A DNA stretch of 64,000 nt from Candidatus Moranbacteria bacterium UBA1362 (GTDB lineage: Bacteria > Patescibacteriota > Minisyncoccia > Moranbacterales > GWC2-37-73). A model generated the notes under the pieces. That model ran no database searches. It was not told where the DNA came from and was given only the letters and a program-made list of their open reading frames with translations. Numbering within the stretch: position 1 is the first letter of the stretch; each line of letters starts with the position of its first letter. The position numbers were made by a program, and so were the translations under genes. This document shows, in pieces, positions 48,274-56,156 of the stretch. The stretch lies in the NCBI GenBank assembly GCA_002306085.1, contig DBRS01000017.1, positions 1,482 to 65,481 on the forward strand. Reading direction: 5' to 3'.

Positions 48274-49569
48274 CTAAGGATTTGCAAATTCCTTTTTCTT
48301 CCACTCCGAATTTTGCCTGCAAAGCAGCTCATGCGCTTTTGAGCCGTCCACGATTAATTTCTCAACGATCTTTTCCATGCGCATTCCCTGTGAACCTTTC
48401 ACCAAAACAAGATCTCCTTTCTGAATAATCCTGAAAACTTTTTCAGCGGCGGAAACCGGATCGTTGAACCGCATTATACGCGAAGATGGAAATCCCGAAG
48501 AAATCAAAAACCCCGCGGCATGCTCCATTCTTTTTCCGACCGCAATGAAATTGTCTATTTTCAAATCCAAGATGCGCTTGGCAACTTCCCTGTGTCCGTT
48601 TTCCGTTTCGTTTCCAAGCTCCAGCATATCTCCGAGCACGGCAATTTTTCTTTTTCCGGGAAGCGCGGCAAGAACTTCAAGCGCGGAGATCGTTGAAGCC
48701 GGCGAAGCGTTATATGTGTCGTCGATAATACCGCTTCCGTTTATGCCTTCGAGAAGATTCAATCTTCCCGCGGCGGGCTTGAGCGTTTCCAGGGATTTTG
48801 CTATGTCCACAAGATTTATTTTAAAAACTATCCCCGTGCTTATCGCCGCAAGCGCGGCATAGACGTAGTGAAGCGCAAAGAAATTTCTCATTCTTATCGG
48901 CATGTTCTTTCCTTCGTAATTCAGCTTAAAGCTTATCCCCTCGGGCTTTCCATTTTCAAGGTTGTATATGATGTTGGACGCGTTGACAACGGCTTCCGTG
49001 TCCGTTCCGAACGTCATGACTTCCGCCTTGGTGTGTTTTTTCATTTCCAAAACAAGCTCGTCGTCCATGTTGAGAATTGCAACTCCGTCGGCGCCAAGAG
49101 ATTCAATTAGTATTCTTTTTTCTCTTGCGGTGTTTTCTATGGTTTTGAAAAATTCAACGTGGCTCAGGGAAACATTTGTGACAATTCCGACATCAGGTTT
49201 TATGAACGACATGAAATATTTCATGTCTCCCGGCCTGTCCACTCCGAGCTCAAAGACAAGGATTTCAGGATAGAAAGGCGTCACCAGATCATAGAGCCAT
49301 TTCAAAAAAACCCAAGCCCATTTGAAAATATTTTTTCCGCCGCTCTCGGCGCCTATGATGACCAGAGGAATTCCGATTTCATTGTTGTAGTTTTTTTCGG
49401 ATTTTCGAACGTCGAATTTTGAAGAAAGTACGGCAAAAACAGCTTCTTTCGTCGAAGTTTTTCCCATGGAACCCGTTATCGCCACAATCTTGGGTTTATG
49501 GCGTTTCAGAACGGCAACAGCTGCAAGACGCAATATTTTTTCGAGCATGAGCAGTTTTTTCGACTTCAT
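48274..49569 (-). CDS. murF: UDP-MurNAc-tripeptide--D-Ala-D-Ala ligase
   Basis: ITGSMGKTSTKE, YNNEIGIP, ELGVDRPGDM, DDTYNASP, LGDMLELG, VKGSQ. Confidence 0.95.
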   Translation of the reverse strand: MKSKKLLMLEKILRLAAVAVLKRHKPKIVAITGSMGKTSTKEAVFAVLSSKFDVRKSEKNYNNEIGIPLVIIGAESGGKNIFKWAWVFLKWLYDLVTPFYPEILVFELGVDRPGDMKYFMSFIKPDVGIVTNVSLSHVEFFKTIENTAREKRILIESLGADGVAILNMDDELVLEMKKHTKAEVMTFGTDTEAVVNASNIIYNLENGKPEGISFKLNYEGKNMPIRMRNFFALHYVYAALAAISTGIVFKINLVDIAKSLETLKPAAGRLNLLEGINGSGIIDDTYNASPASTISALEVLAALPGKRKIAVLGDMLELGNETENGHREVAKRILDLKIDNFIAVGKRMEHAAGFLISSGFPSSRIMRFNDPVSAAEKVFRIIQKGDLVLVKGSQGMRMEKIVEKLIVDGSKAHELLCRQNSEWKKKEFANP

Positions 49570-49691
49570 GTGTTTTTCTGCGAATTATAAATCCTTACGA
49601 ATATACGAATATGAGTTAAGCATATTTTTAATACTATAGCCAGCAAGCTCGCATTCGCATATTCATTAAATCAGCAGTTTGCATAAAATAC

Positions 49692-51584
49692 TCAATCGCT
49701 TGACGTTATTATTCTGGAGTTTGATCTCTTTTCTTCCTTCTTTTTCTTATTCTTGTCATTCTTTTCTTTCTCGCCGCTGCTGTTTTCCGCTTGTCCGGCA
49801 TTTGCGACTGGCGCCAGTTTATAGATCGGACTTGTCTTCGGATCTTCGGTGGGTTTGACTTTGTAGTATTCAAGCAAGAATTTCATCACTTCGCCAAACG
49901 TGGGAGCCGCCGACGATTCCGCCCAGACTACTCCCTTGGGGTTTGAAATCTTCACCAAAACCACGAATTGGGGATCATTGATCGGAGCATATCCCGCGAA
50001 CGATCCTATGTTGATTCCTTCTTCATAACCTTTAGCTCCCGTTTTGGCAACCTGAGCCGTTCCCGTTTTTCCTCCGACCAAATATCCCGGCACGTCAGCC
50101 CTTTTGCCGTGTCCGTTCATCACGACCGCCCGCAACATCTTTGAAACCTGTCTTGCCGCGTCTTCCGAGACAACTTGCCGCACCTGTTGAGGCTCAACTT
50201 CTTCTTCGCGCCCGTCTTTGTGGCGAAACCTGTCAATAATCTGCGGCTTCATGAGAATCCCGTCGTTCGCAAGCGCGGCAAAAGCGGAAGCAAGCTGAAT
50301 CGGCGTGACGGAAATTCCCTGCCCGAACGAAGCCGTATAGAAATTGATTGTTATTCTCGGATTGCTCAGGTTTTTGATGTTGCCCGCAACCTCTCCGGGA
50401 AGCTCTATGCCGCTTTTTTCTCCAAAACCGAACCTTTTAATATATTCGGCAAATTTCACGTTGCCGACAAGCTTTTCTATGTATATCACTCCCGTGTTCA
50501 AAGACTTTTCAAGAACTTCAGTCATCGTCTGTTTTCCGTATGCCTTCATGTCGGAATTGTGGATTTCATAGCCTGCTTCATGCACAACTCCCGTGTCCGT
50601 GAAAGTGGTGTCCGGATTTATTTTCCCGTCATCAATTCCAATTGCCGCAGTGAACGGTTTGAAAACCGAACCGCATTCATACGGAAGACTCAAAGCCGGA
50701 TTCAGAAATTTTGAAATATCATCGACGGACGAAAATTCGTTGGGATTGAAGCTGGGCTGATTCGCAAGCGCCAAAATCTTTCCGGTTTTCGGTTCCATGA
50801 CCACGATCGTGCCTCCGTCGGCGCCGAATTTCTCCATTGTTGCTTTCAGGATTTTCTCCACTTCGAATTGCACCGTATGGTTTATCGTGAGGATTATGTC
50901 GAGTCCGTCTCTCGTCTCATGCACGTTCCTGTCGGAAATCGGGATCCATCTTCCTCTGGAATCGCTTTCCTGCTTTAGCATTCCCGACTCCCCCTTCAAT
51001 TCTTCCTCCCAGAAAGCCTCTACGCCATACATCCCTTTCTGTTTGGCGCCGTCCGAGCCTACAAATCCGATGATTTGCGCCGCAAGCTCCCCCGCCGGAT
51101 AGTATCTGAAACTTTCCGGAGCAAGATAGATGCCCGAAATTTTCGCTTCTTTTATTTTTGCGACTTCTTCGTCGTTCAGCTTATGCTTGAGAATCTCGAA
51201 CATGTCATCGCGGTCGCTGAATTTTTCAAGGAGCATTCCCTTATCAAGACTCAAGATGGACGACAGGGATTCTGCGGCAGAATTTGTATCTTCCATTTCT
51301 TTCGGGACGGCATACGCCATTTGCAATTCCTTGTTGACGGCCACCGGATACGGTCCGCCCTCGTCCCGCAAAAATATCTCTCCCCTTTCGGGCAGAATTT
51401 GAATAGTGCTTTGATGCTGGTTTTCCGCCAATTCTTCGAACGCGTCGTGGCGAACAACCTGAAGAAAGTAAAGTCTTGCCAGAATACAGAAAGCGGCAAC
51501 CAACACGAAAATCGTCAATATATAAATCCGCCAATTCTTCTCCGAAACTTCAGAAGTTTGAATTTTTTCCTTTGGTAGTTTCAT
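49692..51584 (-). CDS. ftsI: Division-specific class B PBP (FtsI/PBP3)
   Basis: PERGEI, RYYP, YECGSVFK (SxxK), SLNTG, FGQGI, GKTGTAQ; in mraZ-rsmH-ftsL-ftsI order. Confidence 0.92.
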   Translation of the reverse strand: MKLPKEKIQTSEVSEKNWRIYILTIFVLVAAFCILARLYFLQVVRHDAFEELAENQHQSTIQILPERGEIFLRDEGGPYPVAVNKELQMAYAVPKEMEDTNSAAESLSSILSLDKGMLLEKFSDRDDMFEILKHKLNDEEVAKIKEAKISGIYLAPESFRYYPAGELAAQIIGFVGSDGAKQKGMYGVEAFWEEELKGESGMLKQESDSRGRWIPISDRNVHETRDGLDIILTINHTVQFEVEKILKATMEKFGADGGTIVVMEPKTGKILALANQPSFNPNEFSSVDDISKFLNPALSLPYECGSVFKPFTAAIGIDDGKINPDTTFTDTGVVHEAGYEIHNSDMKAYGKQTMTEVLEKSLNTGVIYIEKLVGNVKFAEYIKRFGFGEKSGIELPGEVAGNIKNLSNPRITINFYTASFGQGISVTPIQLASAFAALANDGILMKPQIIDRFRHKDGREEEVEPQQVRQVVSEDAARQVSKMLRAVVMNGHGKRADVPGYLVGGKTGTAQVAKTGAKGYEEGINIGSFAGYAPINDPQFVVLVKISNPKGVVWAESSAAPTFGEVMKFLLEYYKVKPTEDPKTSPIYKLAPVANAGQAENSSGEKEKNDKNKKKKEEKRSNSRIITSSD

Positions 51585-51633
51585 CTTTTTGCTCCCCCCG
51601 TCTTAACTATCTTCCCGCATATTCTTTCCGGGC

Positions 51634-52014
51634 TTACTCCGTTCCGTAGGCAACCGATGAATTCTCTTCGATATATTTGACATCGGGACAATCAACCATA
51701 TTAAGTTCTTTGGATTGCTGCTCGATGCGATACAATGATTTAAGCTCCGCTTCCTTTATCTTAAGCGCTTCGTTGGTTTTTTTCTGATTGGCAATCTCCT
51801 GCTCGACGCGCCTCATTTCTATGCCTTTGACTGCCGTCTGATTGATTGAGTAGATATACAACAATCCGGAAAACGCCGTGCATGCGAGAACCACAAACAC
51901 CGGACTGATAAATCCGGAAAAGCGGGGCCTGTTTGACGCCTGCAATTGAATTTTTCTTTTTATGTTTGGTTGCCACCTATGGGTTTTTCTGATGACAACA
52001 GTTCTTTTTGTCAT
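51634..52014 (-). CDS. ftsL: Probable FtsL-like cell division protein
   Basis: Basic N-terminus, single TM and coiled coil; located between rsmH and ftsI. Confidence 0.65.
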   Translation of the reverse strand: MTKRTVVIRKTHRWQPNIKRKIQLQASNRPRFSGFISPVFVVLACTAFSGLLYIYSINQTAVKGIEMRRVEQEIANQKKTNEALKIKEAELKSLYRIEQQSKELNMVDCPDVKYIEENSSVAYGTE

Positions 52015-52109
52015 TTCTCGTGGATCCCCCCAGAGAAACAAATGATTAACTAAAAACCTTTCAAACTTATAAAGTCTGTGAAGCCGACAATTTTTGCGAC
52101 TTTACGGAT

Positions 52110-53069
52110 TTATATTTTCTCTATCACTCTCAATTTTGCGCTTCTTGCGCGCGGATTTTTGGAAATTTCATCCTCTCCCGGCGCAATCGGCTTTCGAGTG
52201 ATCAGTTTCACCTTTGGCGTCCTGTGACATCTGCATACTGGAAATTCACTCGGGCAAATGCATCCCCTAGCATTTTCCCTGAACGTATGTTTCACAAGCG
52301 AATCCTCTCCGGAATGGAAAGTGATTATCGCCAGACGCCCCCCAGGCTTCAGCGTTTCAATTGCCTGGGACAGAAATGATTCAAGGGCTTCAAGCTCCCT
52401 GTTCACTTCTATCCTTAGCGCTTGAAATGTTTTGGTGGCGTAGTGGATTTTTTTGTGCTTGTACGCGGATGGCACAGAATTTCCGATCAGTTCCACAAGT
52501 TCGGAAGTCCAGGTGACCGGTTTTTCTTTCCGGCGAGCAACGATTTTGCGGACGATGGAGTTTGCGTACTGCTCATTGCCATATTCTCTTAGAATTTTTT
52601 TGAGCTCGTCTTCCTTATATGTGTTGAGCACATCGGCAGCCGTGATTCCCTTTGACCTGTCCATGCGCATATCCAGAAATCCCTCAGACTGGAAACTTAT
52701 CCCGCGGCTTTCGTCTTCCAGCTGGTCGGAAGATATTCCCAAATCCGCCAAGATCGCATCCACTTTTTCTATTTTCAAATCAGCTAAAATATTTTTTAAA
52801 TTTTTGAAATTGTCATGAATCAAACAAACGTTTGTCATTTTCGTGCCGCTTCCGCCCGCCTCTTTCGCATCATCCGTAAATTTTGCGAATCTCTTGAGCG
52901 CTTCCTCGTCCTGATCTATCGCCGCAAGCGTTCCAGTATTGCCTATTTTTTTGAGTATTTCGCGGCTGTGTCCTCCTCCGCCGAGCGTCGCGTCAACAAC
53001 AACCATTCCCTTTTTTAATTTCAGAGCATCAACTGTTTCTTCGACTAATACGGATTTATGGATGGACAT
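52110..53069 (-). CDS. rsmH: 16S rRNA m4C1402 methyltransferase
   Basis: DATLGGGGHS, DLGISS.QL, LDMRMD, FQALRIEVN, ITFHSGED, NPRARSAKLR. Confidence 0.97.
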   Translation of the reverse strand: MSIHKSVLVEETVDALKLKKGMVVVDATLGGGGHSREILKKIGNTGTLAAIDQDEEALKRFAKFTDDAKEAGGSGTKMTNVCLIHDNFKNLKNILADLKIEKVDAILADLGISSDQLEDESRGISFQSEGFLDMRMDRSKGITAADVLNTYKEDELKKILREYGNEQYANSIVRKIVARRKEKPVTWTSELVELIGNSVPSAYKHKKIHYATKTFQALRIEVNRELEALESFLSQAIETLKPGGRLAIITFHSGEDSLVKHTFRENARGCICPSEFPVCRCHRTPKVKLITRKPIAPGEDEISKNPRARSAKLRVIEKI

Positions 53070-53114
53070 GACCTAAATTTTAAATTTTTAAAGTCTTTAA
53101 AAATTAAAAATTTT

Positions 53115-53549
53115 CTAATATATTCCCAGTTTTCCAAGTTGCTCTGCCACTTCATCAGTGTTCTCTTCCGCTTTCGCTCTGTACGATTTCCATTTGTCTT
53201 CCGCCCAGACCTCCAGCCTGTTATAAAGTCCCGCGACGACAACAGAGCGGTCAAGCCCCGCATATTCTTTGAGATATTCCGGAAGCAAAATTCTTCCCTG
53301 GCTGTCCACGTCGCTGTCGATCGCCCCCGCAAGCATCAATCTCACAAAGCTTCTTGTTGAAGATTCACCCATCGGAAGCGTTCCAAGTTTTTCAGCAAGT
53401 TCTTTCCATGTTTTCAGCGGATACACAAACAGACATTTGTCCAATCCCCTTGTGATGACAACTTTGCCTCCAAGCTCTTTTCTGAACTTTGAAGGAAGCG
53501 CGAGGCGCTTTTTCGGATCCAAACTGTGCTGATATTCTCCGATAAACAT
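53115..53549 (-). CDS. mraZ: Transcriptional regulator MraZ
   Basis: MFIGEYQHSLDPKKRLALP, DSQGRILLP, RLEVW. Confidence 0.97.
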   Translation of the reverse strand: MFIGEYQHSLDPKKRLALPSKFRKELGGKVVITRGLDKCLFVYPLKTWKELAEKLGTLPMGESSTRSFVRLMLAGAIDSDVDSQGRILLPEYLKEYAGLDRSVVVAGLYNRLEVWAEDKWKSYRAKAEENTDEVAEQLGKLGIY

Positions 53550-53670
53550 TTGCCTTGAATTTTAGCTGATAAAAATGCGGACGATTTCTAAAAAAATAGG
53601 AGACGTAAAATTACGGCTACCCCCTATAGCATAATTCAGATATCATTCATTATTGTTATACTTGTCAATG

Positions 53671-53734
53671 CCCCACTTTCTTCCACTTTATGGCATTACA
53701 ATGTAATTCTACCCCACCCTATGGCATGCGTCAA
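53671..53734 (-). promoter_or_regulatory. mraZ promoter with GTGG(G/A) MraZ-type boxes
   Basis: TTGACG (53734-53729), 17 bp spacer, TAGAAT (53711-53706); GTGGGG/GTGGAA boxes at 53712, 53681 and 53671 (the last two 10 bp apart). Confidence 0.75.
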
Positions 53735-53749
53735 CACAAATCAAGCATC

Positions 53750-53774
53750 AAAAAAATGGCTATATATAGCCATT
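53750..53774 (-). terminator. Probable terminator (20-bp palindrome followed by a U-tract on the minus strand)
   Basis: AATGGCTATATATAGCCATT with an adjacent A-run on the plus strand. Confidence 0.55.
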
Positions 53775-53918
53775 ATTTTAAGTTATCCACAGCTCGGGAA
53801 GCGGAATTTTGAACAAAATTTCATCAAATCAGTTAATGCAACCGCCGAATTTGATCCTGCTTAGCAACACACTTTCTGCCGCTTATCGCACACAAAATAC
53901 ATCCGGCGTCGAGAAGTT

Positions 53919-53952
53919 GTTATATAAATTGTTATATAACAAGTTATATAAC
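53919..53952. repeat. Three GTTATATAA units at 12-bp period
   Basis: Units at 53919, 53931 and 53943. Confidence 0.8.
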
Positions 53953-54003
53953 ACTTTGCGGACACTCGAGAATTTGCTGCTTGCGCTTGCCAAATTGTAA
54001 AAG

Positions 54004-55209
54004 CTACTTTCTGTCTATTTTGCTTTTGAGATACGCGTAATATTCTTTGTTTATTTCCCCTTCGGTCGAATATGCCTTTATGGCTTTTTGTCTTGCGTTA
54101 TCTCCCATGTTCTCCCTGAATTCCCTGTCGGCAACAAGCTTGTCAAGCTTTTCACACCATTCCTCAGTTCCGCTTGCCACAAAACCGTCAACTCCGTCTT
54201 CGATTGCTTCACGAAAAGTTCTTGTGGCCGTGGCGATTGTCGGAACACGCAAGATTCCGGCTTCAAAAAATTTAAGTTCCGATTTTGCTTCACAAAAAGG
54301 ATTGCCAATTTCAAGAGGCGCTATGTTTATATCCATTCTAGCCACATTGAAAAAGTGCTCCTTGCGCGGAACGAAAGAAAGTTTTTTGATTCTGTCGCGG
54401 AAAGTGTTGAGTTTGTTTGTAAATTCAAGATAACCAGCAACATACAATTCAACTTCGGGATATTTTTCCATTATCATGTAGAGCGGCTCGATGACGGTTT
54501 CAAAATCCCTGTTATGGCTTGCGCTTCCCGAAAAATATCCTATTCTCACTTCGCTATGCGCTTCATATTTTTTATTGATGATGTCCTTGGCAAGTTTAAG
54601 ATCTTCGGCAGAAAGTTTGTTGCGAACAATAAAAACTTCTTTTCCCTTTTCGCGCAGCTTGTCGGCCAAAAACGATGTTGTTGTCGTGCACGTTTTGACA
54701 TAAGGATCGTTTAGAATTTCTGCTCCAAGACCGTTTTCAAAAAACTTTTTTTCCGTCTCGTTGAGATTTTTGTAGAAATCCTGCTGCTTTACGCATTCAA
54801 AGTCGAAAGTCAAATCGTCCGTTTCAAATATGATTTCTCCTCCGCATTCTTTTATTTTATCAATAAAGGACGCGATGTTCGCCGAATACGGAACTCTGTG
54901 AAAAATGAACACTTTGAAGTTTCGGACATATAAATCCAACCAGAGATTTTCCTGAATCGTGATTGAAGCGGAAATCCCGTGAAAGTTCAGCTCCTCGGCG
55001 ACATTCTTCACGCGATAGCGCCAGCTGTCTCCGACTGCGCCGCTTGAAATGAAAAGCACGTCCCCCGACCCGGCATGTCTCAAAACAGCCCAAAGCCCCA
55101 AAAAAGTTTTTTTGGAACCGGCGACAAGACCCTCATCCCTGAGCAGTAAACGTATTTTATTCAGATATCTTCCAAGCATAGAGTTAGGTTTATGTTTAGC
55201 TATATCCAT
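54004..55209 (-). CDS. GT-B (family 4-like) glycosyltransferase
   Basis: YRV, IFHR, FETDDL, IGYFSGS.SH..D, DINIAPL...FCEAKSELKFFEAG, DGVDG. Start uncertain (55179-55248). Confidence 0.85.
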   Translation of the reverse strand: MDIAKHKPNSMLGRYLNKIRLLLRDEGLVAGSKKTFLGLWAVLRHAGSGDVLFISSGAVGDSWRYRVKNVAEELNFHGISASITIQENLWLDLYVRNFKVFIFHRVPYSANIASFIDKIKECGGEIIFETDDLTFDFECVKQQDFYKNLNETEKKFFENGLGAEILNDPYVKTCTTTTSFLADKLREKGKEVFIVRNKLSAEDLKLAKDIINKKYEAHSEVRIGYFSGSASHNRDFETVIEPLYMIMEKYPEVELYVAGYLEFTNKLNTFRDRIKKLSFVPRKEHFFNVARMDINIAPLEIGNPFCEAKSELKFFEAGILRVPTIATATRTFREAIEDGVDGFVASGTEEWCEKLDKLVADREFRENMGDNARQKAIKAYSTEGEINKEYYAYLKSKIDRK

Positions 55210-55341
55210 TATAGATAAAAACCCGTTTAAAGCCAAACGGGTGGTCAAATAGCATGTTCAAATTATGGTCATTGAGATTAGGCGCGGGGCATGACCGCTT
55301 TTTTGCGTTCCTGACATGACACACGGACCTGATATATGGCG

Positions 55342-56154
55342 CTATTTCACTGTCAGACTGCTTGGCATTGCGGGGGGCGACAAGTCGACGTCAGGAATCC
55401 CGTTCCATATCTCATAGTCGTCGAATTGCCACCAACCCTCTCCCGGAAGGCATTCTACCGTAGCTTTGATGCTTGGAATATCCAAGGGTCTTGTGAAATC
55501 TCCCGTGATGATCGCATTGTCGTTGAAAGCATATGCGCCATCAAATTTCGCCCACGCAATGCCGTCCATGTTCTGGAATGTGGCGCCTGAGGATTTTTTC
55601 ATATATATCTCGACATGCAGCCAGTCGCCAATCACATAAGGGACACTCGCATATTTTGTCACTGTGGAATTGCCGTCCCAACTCATGCCCTGCTCCATCT
55701 GCCACTCCAGTCCCATGGTTTTGCTCGACGAATCATAAGATTGCCAGATGAGCTCAGTGTGAGGACCGGATCCGGTCGGAGCAGACATGATCTTCACATT
55801 CCAAATACCGCTATAATTTCCCCAGTAACCGCTTTCGTATTTTGCCCAATAAGAAACATATATCTCGCCCGAAGGAGGAAATCCGGCAGGCAACCTGAAG
55901 ATCAAGTCGCCTCCTCCGTCCTCATCGTTATGAGAAGTCCTTACGGATCTACCCGTGTGGCCCGAAGGATACGTGGGAACGCCCTCGCCATATAACCAAA
56001 GGGTGTTGACATATCCTAACATATCAACCAGACTGCTTTCATCAAATGTGACTCGGGAAAGCCTGTCCGCAGCTTTCCCTTCTGACGCAAAACTAAAAAT
56101 TCCGAAGGATAGAACGAAGAAGATCAATATATTTTTTTTCACAAGCCTTTTCAT
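55342..56154 (-). CDS. Secreted jelly-roll (ConA-like/polysaccharide-lyase-like) protein with conserved C-terminal tail
   Basis: Sec signal ending GKA/A; EIYVSYWAKY, GDWLHVEIY, DGIAWAKFDG, WWQFDD; ends DLSPPAMPSSLTVK. Confidence 0.7.
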   Translation of the reverse strand: MKRLVKKNILIFFVLSFGIFSFASEGKAADRLSRVTFDESSLVDMLGYVNTLWLYGEGVPTYPSGHTGRSVRTSHNDEDGGGDLIFRLPAGFPPSGEIYVSYWAKYESGYWGNYSGIWNVKIMSAPTGSGPHTELIWQSYDSSSKTMGLEWQMEQGMSWDGNSTVTKYASVPYVIGDWLHVEIYMKKSSGATFQNMDGIAWAKFDGAYAFNDNAIITGDFTRPLDIPSIKATVECLPGEGWWQFDDYEIWNGIPDVDLSPPAMPSSLTVK

Positions 56155-56156
56155 AT

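Noticed and set aside
23009-53549. Split dcw cluster as a novelty
   Set aside because: mraZ-rsmH-ftsL-ftsI-murF and ftsW-murG-murC-murB are about 20 kb apart, but fragmentation of this cluster is common in reduced genomes.
53550-54003. Replication origin (DnaA box plus AT-rich 12-mers)
   Set aside because: Only one perfect DnaA box was found, dnaA/dnaN are not nearby, and gene orientation does not switch here.
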